Assembly: GCA_002269645.1 (NCBI GenBank)
Contig: NIVC01000912.1
Coordinates: 7,253 to 71,252 of the forward strand
Direction: 5' to 3'
Length of the DNA: 64,000 nucleotides
Source of the DNA: Macrostomum lignano
Taxonomy: Eukaryota
The position numbers and the translations under genes are program-made. Position 1 is the first letter of the stretch. Every line of letters begins with the position of its first letter. Below the pieces are notes generated by a model, which worked only from the letters and a program-made list of their open reading frames with translations, was not told the DNA's origin and ran no database searches. This document shows, piece after piece, positions 19,284 through 32,249 of the stretch.

Positions 19284-19627
19284 CTGGGGTCTCAACTGAG
19301 TGTAAACAAGTTTATTGTTGCCAAGTCTTTTTGGATATATAATTGGCAGCAAAACAGTTTACCGAAATCTTTCCTGTGCAGATTGCAACTGTTATTGTAG
19401 CCATTTTGTACAGTAGTGCATCCAAATTACTTATAAATAAGTCCATTAGTAAAAGAGCTAATGTATTTGTTAGATTCTTTGAAAGGTGATTTTTTCGAAG
19501 CAAATATCCTAAACTGTTTGTCGTATAAAGACTTGGTTGTTTTTGTAGGAAGCTGTGCTGAAGAACTGAGTTATTGCTTTTTATGACTAGCTGCCTAACA
19601 TTGAATGGCCCTTCTGAACCACTGTCT

Positions 19628-20010
19628 CTGATTGGTCGGGATGGGTGAAGGAAGCTTATCAGTTTTCCTGCCTACCCCTCAAACCCGTAATCTTATCCTC
19701 GCTAACCCCACTTTATCGCTGATTGGCTAGAATTGGGTGGAGGCTTATCAGTTTTCCTGCCTACCCCTCAAACCCGTAATTTCTATCCTCGCCAACCCCA
19801 CTTTATCGCTGATTGGCTAGAATTGGGTGAAGGAGGCTTATCAGTCTTCCTGCCTACCCCTCAAACCCGTAATCTTATCCTCGTTAACCCCACTTTATCG
19901 CTGATTGGCTAGAATTGGGTGGAGGCTTATCAGTTTTCCTGCTTATCCCCTCAAACCTGTAATTTCTATCCTCGCTAACTCCATTAAATCGCTGATTGGC
20001 TAGGATTGGT
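19628..20010. repeat. ~91-bp tandem repeat, about 4 copies, between convergent genes
   Basis: CTGATTGG recurs at about 19628, 19719, 19809, 19901 and 19992. Confidence 0.9.
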
Positions 20011-20279
20011 TAATTTTTGTTTTAAACGATCCACATTTTCTACGAGCATATAAGATTTTGGCTGGTGGGATTCGCTGATGATCGAAGGCCAGCCATTATT
20101 AAAAATATTTGTAATGAAAGAACAAACGATGAATTTTTATTGAATTGAAAATCAAACACATTCGGTTTAAAACTACACGCCTTCACACAGACGATTAGTC
20201 ACCGTCGTGTATTGTCATGAAACGCAAATTAAAAAGAAAATTTCCCGCTGTTAATCAAACGGAGCGATTCTGTCTCGTT

Positions 20280-20732
20280 TCAAGCGCGTCGCTCCTTGCG
20301 AAACCAGGTGATGAAGTCTTCTGTGTTGAAGGTGGTTACCGAACGACCAACCGCGTGGTGAAACCGCCGCAGGTCGTTTTTGTAGACGCCGAGGGCCACT
20401 CTCTGGCCGACATTCGTGGCGAAGTAGCGCTCCACCTCGGCGAAAGTCGTCTGGCCCGTGCCCTCCTCGTCGACGCTTTCAAACACAAGTCGCCAGGTCT
20501 CCTCTTCGCGTTCATTCTCCGGGTAGATGTCCAGAAGCAGCATGTACTCCCGCTTTGTGATCTTGCCGTCGCGGTTTGCGTCAAGAATCTCGAACATCTC
20601 AACGGCTGACGATTCGTCTAGGCCGTCGCGCTGGCAGACGGCCTTGAGACCCTCGAATGTGATAAAGCCATTGCCCTCGGTGTCGATCTCGGTGAACCAG
20701 CGCAGAAGCTGCTGTTTATCTGGCCTGGACAT
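20280..20732 (-). CDS. Intronless calmodulin-like EF-hand protein, 150 aa (three recognisable loops, fourth degenerate)
   Basis: Loops DTEGNGFITFEG, DANRDGKITKRE and DEEGTGQTTFAE. Confidence 0.9.
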   Translation of the reverse strand: MSRPDKQQLLRWFTEIDTEGNGFITFEGLKAVCQRDGLDESSAVEMFEILDANRDGKITKREYMLLLDIYPENEREEETWRLVFESVDEEGTGQTTFAEVERYFATNVGQRVALGVYKNDLRRFHHAVGRSVTTFNTEDFITWFRKERRA

Positions 20733-21835
20733 GGCTATCTCTCACTCTCACTCTTAATCTCTCGCTCTATCGATTGAATTAAAGCTTCTCTAATATAATA
20801 TTAAATCCTCGACTATTGAGCCAGACGAAAGTCTAAGTCGGCTCTGGTACTGGACACGATTGCGGCGCACTATTGGCCATAGACATCTGGCGGGCGACTC
20901 GGCTGACTTGAGTCCGCCAATGTGACGCTGCATGGAAATTTTTATGTGCGAATTTGCAACAGTTTTTTAATTTGAGTTATTTGTTATTTAGTTCACTTTT
21001 CATTAATTATTTAGGTGAAAAGCTATAATCAGTGTTGATTGAATCTTTATTTAGGGCAATTTTCCTAGCCATTCAATTCCAGTTTGTTTGGCGCCACTGA
21101 ATTCAAGTTAGGTGCTAGATTGCGACACGATTTTGGCCCCAAACTAAATTAGCCTAACATTTTTTCATCATCCTACTGACGAAGCCATTAGTAGTAAAAT
21201 GGAGACATTAATTAACCAGTAATATTCTATTTTAAAAATAAGCATCAAACGCCCAATATAAGCCGTGCACCTCGCTCACCGCACTGAACAATTTTATTAT
21301 TTTGCTTTCTACCAGCAGGGGACGCCGCGCAATGATCGAGTTTGCCAGAAATACTCGGCCTGCCGCAGTCTGGGACAGAAAGTGCTCGGTAGAAGACGCT
21401 GCCAGCAATTCTCGCAGGCACACCGCATAAGGGAGGATGGGATTAAGCGGATAGACCGGCCGAGAACTAGCTTGAGTGGGGGTTGGGGGAGACGGAAGAC
21501 CTTCATTTCCAATCCGCCCACTTTAGCCGAGATCCCGGACTGGTCGACCAATTTTATCTATAGCCAACTCGCTTTAGTATGGCACACTCTGGCAAATATA
21601 ACTGTGCAGTGCCCCCCCCCCTTCATCGCCCCCCCCCCAGCACCCAGGCTGCGTAATTAAAGCTTTGGACCAATTTTCTGACAAATGCCCTACCCGGCTG
21701 CAAGGCCTGGCGGACAGACGGGCGGGCGGAACCCATGGCTGTATGGACTCGGCGAAAACAGACTCAGATGATAATGATTGAATGGTACACGACTGCTATC
21801 CATTGTTCGAATACTAGCACCCAAGAGCGATTATT

Positions 21836-23277
21836 CTGCATTAGAAATCTATGGAATCTGGATTGGAAACTGCATTAGAAATCTATAGAGTGTGGATTAG
21901 AAACTGCATTAGAAATCTATAGAATGTGGATTAGAAACTGCATTAGAAATCTATAGACTCTGGATTAGAAACTGCATTAGAAATCTATAGAATCTGGATT
22001 AGAAACTGCATTAGAAATCTATAGAGTGTGGATTAGAAACTGCATTAGAAATCTATAGAATGTGGATTGGAAACTGCATTAGAAATCTATGGACTCTGGA
22101 TTGGAAACTGCATTAGAAATCTATAGAGTGTGGATTAGAAACTGCATTAGAAATCTATGGACTCTGGATTGGAAACTGCATTAGAAATCTATAGACTCTG
22201 GATTGGAAACTGCATTAGAAATCTATAGAATCTGGATTAGAAACTGCATTAGAAATCTATAGAGTGTGGATTAGAAACTGCATTAGAAATCTATAGAATG
22301 TGGATTGCAAACTGCATCAGAAATCTATAGAGTGTGGATTAGAAACTGCATTAGAAATCTATAGAATGTGGATTAGAAACTGCATTAGAAATCTATAGAA
22401 TGTGGATTAGAAACTGCATTAGAAATCTATAGACTCTGGATTGGAAACTGCATTAGAAATCTATAGAATCTGGATTAGAAACTGCATTAGAAATCTATAG
22501 AGTGTGGATTAGAAACTGCATTAGAAATCTATAGAATGTGGATTGCAAACTGCATCAGAAATCTATAGAGTGTGGATTAGAAACTGCATTAGAAATCTAT
22601 AGAGTGTGGATTGCAAACTGCATCAGAAATCTATAGAGTGTGGATTAGAAACTGCATTAGAAATCTATAGAATCTGGATTAGAAACTGCATTAGAAATCT
22701 ATAGAGTGTGGATTAGAAACTGCATTAGAAATCTATAGAATGTGGATTAGAAACTGCATTAGAAATCTATAGAGTGTGGATTGCAAACTGCATCAGAAAT
22801 CTATAGAGTGTGGATTAGAAACTGCATTAGAAATCTATAGAATGTGGATTAGAAACTGCATTAGAAATCTATGGACTCTGGATTAGAAACTGCATTAGAA
22901 ATCTATAGAATCTGGATTAGAAACTGCATTAGAAATCTATAGAATGTGGATTAGGAACTGCATTAGAAATCTATAGAATGTGAATTAGAAACTGCATTAG
23001 AAATCTATAGACTCTGGATTAGAAACTGCATTAGAAATCTATAGAATGTGAATTAGAAACTGCATTAGAAATCTATAGACTCTGGATTAGAAACTGCATT
23101 AGAAATCTATAGAATGTGAATTAGAAACTGCATTAGAAATCTATAGACTCTGGATTAGAAACTGCATTAGAAATCTATAGAATGTGGATTAGAAACTGCA
23201 TTAGAAATCTATAGAATCTGGATTAGAAACTGCATTAGAAATCTATAGAATGTGAATTAGAAACTGCATTAGAAATA
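21836..23277. repeat. 34-bp minisatellite (GCATTAGAAATCTATAGAATGTGGATTAGAAACT), about 42 copies
   Basis: Direct inspection. Confidence 0.97.
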
Positions 23278-24019
23278 TAGTATCTATAATAGCTAAACAA
23301 AGCAAAGGCACTCGGAAGACAATATGAATAGAATTAAATAAAAACATTCTTGTATCACAATACAGTTGCATATTATAAATAGCTGTATATTAAGTAATGT
23401 AATATTTCATATATAATTAGCAATTACATGAGCCGCATTCAACACTCCAAGCATTCACAATAAGCGGGTTACATTAGTGTGCCAGCCTGTTTATAACAAA
23501 TTTATTTAATAACAAAAGAGAAAAGTAAAACAAAAGCGCACACATATTTAATAAATATTTGAGTAAGTAGTACGCTTGCATTTTGAGTAAAGAGTAGCCA
23601 TCCATTAAAAATTATCCTAACTAATGAATAAATTAATATGTAGCTGAGACCTCGTTATTAAGAGTGAGAAATGCTTTTAAGAGTGACAGATGCGAACTGG
23701 GTTTCATTTAAGCAAAAGAGGCAGACGGAGGAAAACAAACACAGAGGAGTGATTAAGGTTGATGAAAACATCATGCGCTCGTAAATCGATAAATTTCTCG
23801 AGTCTCTAGTGAGTTTTATAGTAAATTTTCTATAATTCAGTCCGAACAGACGTTAGAATTTTTCAAATATGAGCGAATTTCTAACACGTGGCAATAAGAC
23901 AGTTTATTGATTTTTCTAATTGGAGTATAAATTTGTTCGACAACAATAAATAACTAATTAATATCCATCATAATTAGTATCAATCGACTTTGTTGTACAT
24001 ATAGAGATCCGCGACTGAC

Positions 24020-24362
24020 GGAGGGAGGGAGGGTGAGATATAGAGAGGAAAGGGTGAGCTATGGAGACGGAAGGGGGAGATATGGAGAGGGAAGGGTCAG
24101 ATATGGAGAGAGAGGGTGAGATATGGAGAGATAGAGGGGAACATGGGGAGAGAGGGGGTGAGATTTGGAGAGGGAAGGGTCAGATATGGAGAGAGAGAGA
24201 GAGAGGGTGAGATATAGAGAGGGAGGGTGAGATATTGAGAGGGAAGGGGGAGATATGAAGAGAAAGGGTGAGATATGGAGAGAGAGGTGAGATATGTAGA
24301 GAGAGGGTGAGATATGAAGAGAAAGGGTGAGATATGGAGAGAGAGGTGAGATATGGAGAGTG
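24020..24362. repeat. GA-rich degenerate ~20-bp repeat (GAGATATGGAGAGAGAGGGT)
   Basis: Direct inspection. Confidence 0.85.
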
Positions 24363-24754
24363 AGAGTTTTCAAAATCAAATTAACAGCATGCAACATGGG
24401 AATCGAGGCGCACATGACACTGAGAGGCGAGCGAGTCCAGAGACAATAGAAAAAAAACAATATTGACAGCTGAGCGCGTATAATTCGCAAGTTATTTACA
24501 ACGCGAGTTTTCAACAACGGTGAGTATAGCTGAGTCAACTCAATTCGATTTATAAAAATTAGCAGCAAGCAAAAACAAAAATGTATTGCAAAATTGCCAT
24601 AAAAGTATGCAGCTTGATAAGTCACAGGTAAAATTGTTCGTTTTTTGCCAAAAAAGCTTTCATCAATGCTATGCAATAAGCGGTATCTAGACTACGGGAA
24701 TATCAGGCCCGAATCACACTTGGAATGAGAAAATCGACATCTCATCACTCAAAA

Positions 24755-25258
24755 TCTGACTCCTATGAGTCTCAACCTATGAATCTCAACCCTATGAATC
24801 TCACCCCAATGAATCTCACCATTATGAGTCACATTCCTATGAGTCTCACCCCTATGAATCTCATCCCTAGAAGTCTCGCCTCTATGAGTCTCACACCTAT
24901 GAATATATCCTTATGAATCTCACCCCTATGGATCTACACCCCTTTGAGTCTCACCCTATGAATCTCACCCCTATGAGTCTAACCCCTATGAACCTCACCC
25001 ATATGAATCGCACCCCGATGAAGCTCACCCCTATGAATCTCACCATTATGAGTCTCACCCCTATGAATCTCATCACTAGAAGTCTCACCCCTATGAGTCT
25101 CACACCTATGAATATATTCCTTATGAATCTCATCCCGATGAATCTCACCATTTATGGCTCTAACCCCTATGAATCTCATCCCTATGAATCTCACCCCATG
25201 AATCTCACCCCTATGAATCTCATCATAATGAGTCTCGCCTCTAGAAACCTCAACCCTA
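24755..25258. repeat. 15-bp minisatellite (CTATGARTCTCACCC)
   Basis: Direct inspection; source of the MNLTP pseudo-ORFs. Confidence 0.92.
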
Positions 25259-25454
25259 GATCAGCAATCGATCAAATTATTAATTAGCTTTCGATGGCAG
25301 CGGGCCAGCTTGCGCGTGATTGGCTGCCTTCTTGCTGCCGCCTTCCGGTGCGGAAGTTTCCGGCGAAACAGATCCCGAGCCGCCAGCGCCGTTTCCGCCG
25401 TTTGTAGCGAGAGTGTTCTGTCAATTAGTGGTTGTAAGTAGTTATAGGGCAGTG

Positions 25455-25645
25455 AGCTAACGAGGAGGTGGGGTGGGCGTCACTAGGATACCTCAATAAG
25501 CTAACAAAGAGGTGGGGTGGGCGTCATGAGGATACCTCAGTAAGCTAACAAGGAGGTGGGGTGGGCGTCACTAGGATACCTCAGTAAGCTAACGAGGAGG
25601 TGGGGTGGGCGTCACTAGGATACCTCAGTAAGCTAACGGAGGGTG
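25455..25645. repeat. 44-bp tandem repeat, about 4 copies
   Basis: GGTGGGGTGGGCGTCA...GATACCTCARTAAGCTAAC recurs every 44 nt. Confidence 0.9.
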
Positions 25646-26145
25646 TCATGAGGATTTCTGAGTCCAAATGCGAGTCCCAGAAGTCCCATTTTAAGCAAAC
25701 TCAGCTTCAACACAGTGCACATGGAGAAATAACACACGAGGCCAGCAGACGCAGCTATAATGCCCTGTGTTGTGAACGGGCCACGGACGAATTAATCAGG
25801 CAAATTTTCGGCTGAGCTCAAAGCGGATTGCCAGGAGGGATCGGCAAGGAGGGGATCCGGAATCGGGTCGGCAGGGAAGTTGAACGCGGCTTCTCAGAAG
25901 AGAGAGCGAATCGGCAAGATTGAATTGGTGAGGGGATGGCGGATAGATACCAGCCACCTTACCGACGAGCCTGCCCCCCCCCCCCTATCGGAGTCCGCTG
26001 GGGATTCAGGACGGCTACCAGGGACCCCGGATCCGCCGCTGTCTGAGTAGGGTTAGGCAGGAGATGGCCAAGATGAAGAGCAGCCATGCAGACTTTGGAA
26101 GCTGGTAGGAGGCGATAAAAGTGCATCTAGCAGATTGCTTCCTAA

Positions 26146-26180
<35 letters not shown>

Positions 26181-27677
26181 AAATTATAATGCCGAATGTT
26201 GGTTGTTAAGCTGATAAAACCGCAACAAATACTGCATTTTCGATAAAAGATCACCAATGCCTAACTGGAAGCGCAGAATTAGTTATAACAAACTAATATC
26301 AGACTTGGACTCGCATTGAGCGGATTAAACGGAGCACAGGGGGTGACAAAACACAGTTTACATGTAGGAGAGGCGGGGGCCTCAGCTGTTGAATAATTAA
26401 AAACTGCAGGAGCTCCTCATCCAACAGTCCCGGTGAGCGAGAGAGGAGCGGACAGGAGGAGAAAAGAGCTGGATGAAAATCGCGGGATGCCGTATGTTAT
26501 AGCGTAGCCTTCGGCTTACCGCTAACTGTGTCAACAGAGCAAAGTTACCAAAGTGGCAGTTCCTATTAAAAATACTTGATATAATATATATAAGGATTCT
26601 AAATGTCCTACGGACTGGTACTGAAGGAGGAGTGGACGAAGACACAAGTCAAGTGCCTGAGATCTTGGATATTACGCTCGGTAGTTACAAGTAGTTCGCA
26701 AAGGGGGACCCAAACTCCATGCTCACACTGGGTGTACAGCGCCCCTGACTAAAGCTCCCCGACTCCGAGGCGTTAGTCCTGCTCTACAATATTTAGTGAA
26801 ACTTTACTTTTCTCTCCGCGTTACTAAGGGAAACGAAGAGTAGTGAGCTCTCGACACGCGAATTTCTCAGCTCAAGCAAGCGAGGATCTCATTTATCTTA
26901 CCTGTCAACACGAGCTAATGGGGGGCTGGAAACTCTCCAGGGTTCTCTGGATGAAAAGACCTGGACTAGAGCAAGCAAACGGATTATAACAGCCGAACTC
27001 TTCAACAATAATTTCTCCATAGATCACAAAATTATCACAGACTATCACAGAGTACTCGTTGTCGTTTTGCGTGAATTTTTTGAATTCGGAATGCATATAC
27101 TAGTCTAGCTATCCAAAAGTCCTTGGCCTCGTTCTTTCTCTCCTCGCTGCTATCCAATTTCTCTCGATCGCGCATAATATTTGAGCAGCTCCGAGCTCGT
27201 AAAGTGAAAATAAGTAAGAGCCGGCATCAAAACACGCACACTGAGGAGCGCACGCATGGAGACGCGGCACAAACCAAACGACAAACAGTCCGCACTAGTT
27301 ATTTACTGAGCAGAAACACGGGTTTACAGCGAGACTAATCGTTTTTCTTAGAAAGAGTCGACGGCTGTCCAGCCTCTTACTCTCTTCTAATCATCAATTA
27401 CATTGCAGAGGCGCGGAGAAAAGTTCCCACGCTTGTCAAACTGCGATCCGACAAATGAGTTGAGTAGCTCTACCGAGTCTGCTGCGAGTAAATTAGAGAC
27501 ACACCTGAGCAGCATCTACTGCGTCTCATTGTGCGGCTTCTTTTACTTCAATAGTAGCAATTAAAGAGAATACGAGTACCCGCAGAGCTCATTAGCAACT
27601 TTATTCATACAGCCTAATAGCAAATTTGAGCAACAGCTAAGACAGACAGACAGACAAATCTCTGAGTTATCACTCTG

Positions 27678-29180
27678 AAGGGAGTAACGATGCCTTTGAA
27701 CTTCCATTTTTCAGGGAGTGACAATGGCTCTGAACTTCCACTTTTCAGGGAGTGACAATGGCTCTGAACTTCCACTTTTCAGGGAGTGACAATGGCTCTG
27801 AACTTCCACTTTTCAGAGAGTGACAATGGCTCTGAACTTCCACTTTTCAGAGAGTGACAATGACTCTGAACTTCCACTTTTCAGGGAGTGACAATGACTC
27901 TGAACTTCCACTTTCAGGGAGTGACAATGGCTCTGAACTTCCACTTTTCAGGGAGTGACAATGGCTCTGAACTTCCACTTTTCAGGGAGTGACAATGGCT
28001 CTGAACTTCCACTTTTCAGAGAGTGACAATGGCTCTGAACTTCCACTTTTCAGAGAGTGACAATGACTCTGAACTTCCACTTTTCAGGGAGTGACAATGA
28101 CTCTGAACTTCCACTTTTCAGGGAGTGACAATGACTCTGAACTTCCACTTTTCAGGGAGTGACAATGGCTCTGAACTTCCACTTTTCAGGGAGTGACAAT
28201 GACTCTGAACTTCCACTTTTCAGGGAGTGACAATGGCTCTGAACTTCCACTTTTCAGGGAGTGACAATGACTCTGAACTTCCACTTTTCAGGGAGTGACA
28301 ATGACTCTGAACTTCCACTTTCAGGGAGTGACAATGACTCTGAACTTCCACTTTTCAGGGAGTGACAATGACTCTGAACTTCCACTTTTCAGGGAGTGAC
28401 AATGACTCTGAACTTCCACTTTTCAGGGAGTGACAATGACTCTGAACTTCCACTTTCAGGGAGTGACAATGACTCTGAACTTCCACTTTTCAGGGAGTGA
28501 CAATGGCTCTGAACTTCCACTTTTCAGGGAGTGACAATGGCTCTGAACTTCCACTTTTCAGAGAGTGACAATGGCTCTGAACTTCCACTTTTCAGGGAGT
28601 GACAATGACTCTGAACTTCCACTTTTCAGGGAGTGACAATGGCTCTGAACTTCCACTTTTCAGGGAGTGACAATGACTCTGAACTTCCACTTTTCAGGGA
28701 GTGACAATGGCTCTGAACTTCCACTTTTCAGGGAGTGACAATGACTCTGAACTTCCACTTTCAGGGAGTGACAATGACTCTGAACTTCCACTTTTCAGGG
28801 AGTGACAATGACTCTGAACTTCCACTTTTCAGGGAGTGACAATGACTCTGAACTTCCACTTTTCAGGGAGTGACAATGACTCTGAACTTCCACTTTCAGG
28901 GAGTGACAATGGCTCTGAACTTCCACTTTTCAGGGAGTGACAATGACTCTGAACTTCCACTTTCAGGGAGTGACAATGGCTCTGAACTTCCACTTTCAGG
29001 GAGTGACAATGGCTCTGAAATTCCGACTTTTAGAGAGTGACGATGACTGAACTTCCAAATTCTAGAGAGTGACAATGACTCTGAACTTCCACTCTTCAAG
29101 GAGTGACAATGACCCTAAAATTCAGACTTTCAGAGAGTGAAAATGACTTTGAATTCCGACAACCAGAGAGTGACAATCAA
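27678..29180. repeat. 34-bp minisatellite (GAGTGACAATGRCTCTGAACTTCCACTTTTCAGG), about 44 copies
   Basis: Direct inspection; degenerate 3' edge. Confidence 0.97.
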
Positions 29181-29656
29181 CCTTGAAATCTCACACGTAT
29201 CAGTCTAAACGACTCTGCGCTCGTAAAAAACCTTCATAAACAGCAAGCGATGTCACAGGCACATTGACCGGCCCCACACAGCTGCATCATGCAGACAAAT
29301 CCCAAATAAAACGACACAAAAAATCGATTCACCAGGCAGAAATTTTCGCTGCACCATGCCACCCATGCCAGCCCTCAGCCGATGACTGCGGACAGAGATA
29401 AGGGAGACGAGCCGGGCAAAACAGTTTAGCGCCCGCAACTGCAGCTGGGTAGGCAGAGGCCCGCAGTGAAACTGCACCGGACCAAATCTATTTATTGTTA
29501 TTGCTTTAAACTAAGCCAATTTTTCTTAGACTGACAGTCTGCGGCAATGCGAAAAAATGCAAATTTGAAAGAATCAATAAAATTAAGGATAAACCGTTTG
29601 CAGCTGATCTTTTCCTGCAGTGCTGGCGTTTTATTGCCCATTTGCTCCTTCCTATT

Positions 29657-29675
29657 GCCTGCCTGCCTGTTTGCC

Positions 29676-29728
<53 letters not shown>

Positions 29729-29766
29729 GCCTGCCTGCCTGTCTGTCTGTCTGTCAGTCTGTCTAT

Positions 29767-29806
<40 letters not shown>

Positions 29807-29822
29807 ATGTCAGTCTGTCTAT

Positions 29823-29869
<47 letters not shown>

Positions 29870-29907
29870 CCTGCCTGTCTGTCTGTCAGTCTGTCTGTCT
29901 GTCTGCC

Positions 29908-29960
<53 letters not shown>

Positions 29961-29983
29961 GTCTGTCTGTCTGTCTGTCTGTC
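29657..29983. repeat. (CTGT)n microsatellite
   Basis: Direct inspection. Confidence 0.97.
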
Positions 29984-31260
29984 TTAGCGTCAATCAATCT
30001 CAGTATACTCTATTACTCAACCAATTGGCCAATCAATCAATCCATTAATTAGTCCACGAAAATCAGTCTACGTCTATCAGTCTCTCAGCCTGTCCGTCTC
30101 GCCCTCTCTACCCAACTTCTCTGCCAAGCCGTCTCTCTTCCACTCCTTCTCCCCTTTCCTCCCCATTTCCTAAATAGTCGATCCCAGCCACTTTGCACAG
30201 CCAGCATGGAGAGTAGGTAGCTGCACTCCCGCAGTGTTTCTCTCCCAGCTTCCACACCTACTGATTGACAGGCCGGTGTAGAAGGGGGAAATTAGCTTCA
30301 TCTGCCTGCGTGTCCGTTTCTAGAAGCCCGGAAATCTTAGGGGAAGGCGGTTGGGGCAGGTTGAATGCAAATAACTAATAGCTAGGATTGACTGCATCGG
30401 GAGACAAAAGAATCCAACATTGTGGCAGTCGAGCTTCATCATCGGCTCGGCCAGCTTCCCGGCGCTAAATACCCGCCGCCTGATGGCATCTAAGCTGCTG
30501 CTGCTGCTGCCAGTAGAGTCTGCAGAGCACTACGAGAAGAAGGAAGAGGAGAGAAAGGAGAGGGCACTGAGAAGAAAATCGATATTGCTCCGGTCGAGCA
30601 GCTGGAATGGGGGGAGGATGAGGGAGACTGCAGGAGGGTTGGTGCATCATCAAGGCCGACCGCACAGATTCACACTCGCTCGCATGAGGCGGCGGAGAAA
30701 TCTGATAGATGAGAGAAAAAGAGGGAGCGGGGCGCTATGGTAGGATGAGGAGAGCTGCCGGATCTCGGCTTAGAGAGCGAGCGGGACTGGGAGAAAAGAT
30801 CGAGCACGGCGAAGGCCCTCCGTCCCCGCCCCACCCCCTCCGGAGTGCCGCATCTGTTGTGGTCCAGCGCGGCGCTCTGATGTACCAGCGGCCCAGGCTC
30901 GATTCCCAGTGCAGTCACATTAATTTGGAGCTAAATTGGAGTTTCGGCTTGGCTCTGCTCGTGCAATTAACGGCCTTGAGAGCCAAACCCCCAAGGCACA
31001 GTGAAGTGTACATGCCTAATAATGATAAATAAAGTTACGGGCCGCTGTGCACTCCTGTGTAACTGCGTACCTATCCGCGCGCTTGTGTGCCTGCTCAGGG
31101 GAGTCGGCAGAATGGGCAGTAATGCATCTCACCGGTTGTGTGACAATGTCGCTTAAAGTGCTCTAGGGTGCACACAGCCCCTGCCTCTAACTAAAAACGT
31201 ATGTACAATCTTTACAAAGCTTTGCAAAAATCAATAAAGCAATAAGACGAAATTTTATAC

Positions 31261-31438
31261 CCCATCGAGCATGTCGGGGACTTCCTAAAACGCAGCATTC
31301 GAAAAGAGAATCCATCACAGAATGTTTTCAGAGCTGCGTCATGCCATTGAAAACGCAATAACACGAAAGCCCCAGGACTTGCTGCGCCGCCTCATCCTCG
31401 GGATGCCCCGCAGGCAGAGATCCCACACGCGTTATTAG
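31261..31438 (+). mobile_element. Tc1/mariner transposase C-terminal remnant, frameshifted
   Basis: Reads PIEHVGDFLKRSIRKENPSQNV/(fs)SELRHAIENAITRKPQDLLRRLILGMPRRQRSHTRY*, matching the Tc1 terminus PIEH.W...L...IPQ....LI.SMPRR......GHTRY*. No TIRs identified. Confidence 0.8.
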
Positions 31439-32249
31439 GCATCGCGATTCTAACTGCATATTGCATAAAAAATTAACCGTTATGATTTTGTCGTCTATTA
31501 TTGATTCAATCCACTTTCCCTTCCTCGCGGCGGCTTAGTTGCCTTTGTGCCTTTTTTCCCGTAAGTCGTACTCGCGAAGAGCATGTTAAGTCGCCTCCTC
31601 ACCGTGCCATGCCTGGGAGTCGAACCCCGGCCCATTGGAACATTCTGACTCAATATAATGAGTGCAGGAATTGGGCGGAGTTTCTACTTTCATGAAATCA
31701 TTAGCAAATTAATGAATCTCAGTTGCTATTCTTTACCTACTAACCCTTAGCCGCAAGCCAGACTAGCAGATAGATAATCTTAAGGATGAAGTGGCTAGAT
31801 AGAAATGCCGGATTAGCTGGTAATCCTAAAGATTCCCATTGAAATCTGTGGCTGAGAGCATTGGCTGAATTTCCAATATCGACAGAACTGGTGATAATTA
31901 TTTGGCAAAAAAGGTCTTCGTTACGATTTCTGTGATCGTGTCTTGTTCAGGGTGGGAGGGCATGCGACCCCGGGTCACATGCAATATCCCTCAGTGGCCT
32001 GTCAGTCCCAGCCTCAGCATCCGCCATCCAGCCAGTCTCTCACTGCATCAACAGGCTTCAACTCTAAACTGGCAGTGATAAACGTTTGTAAAATAGAAAT
32101 ATCTGGATTGATAGTCCTGGGATCGGGAGGGAGGGGTTGGGGCTTATGTGGCGCTGTACACCCTGAGTGAGCGTGGTATGAGTGCTGTATTCCATTCATT
32201 GTTGGCTCCCCAACGGGGGGGGCGCTGATTAGTTAGCTAAGCAGCTCAC

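Noticed and set aside
21330-21430. MIEFARN resembling the CTP synthase glutaminase domain
   Set aside because: Seven-residue match with no flanking similarity.
23620-24676. Minus-strand hydrophobic stretches (RAQLSILFFFYCLW; MMFSSTLITPLCLFSSVCLFC) as a GPCR or chemoreceptor remnant
   Set aside because: No family motif and no consistent splice sites; AT-rich DNA often translates as hydrophobic.
21836-29180. 34-bp arrays as possible CRISPR arrays
   Set aside because: Head-to-tail repeats with no unique spacers, eukaryotic context and no cas genes.
30420-30743. ORFs around 30420-31030 as possible missing catulin 3' exons
   Set aside because: No convincing similarity to the catulin tail and no consistent splice chain.
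30850-30920. Degenerate tRNA-like stretch (GGCTCGATTCCC); also a minus-strand GGTTCGACTCC near 31620
   Set aside because: Only B-box-like words; no cloverleaf could be folded.
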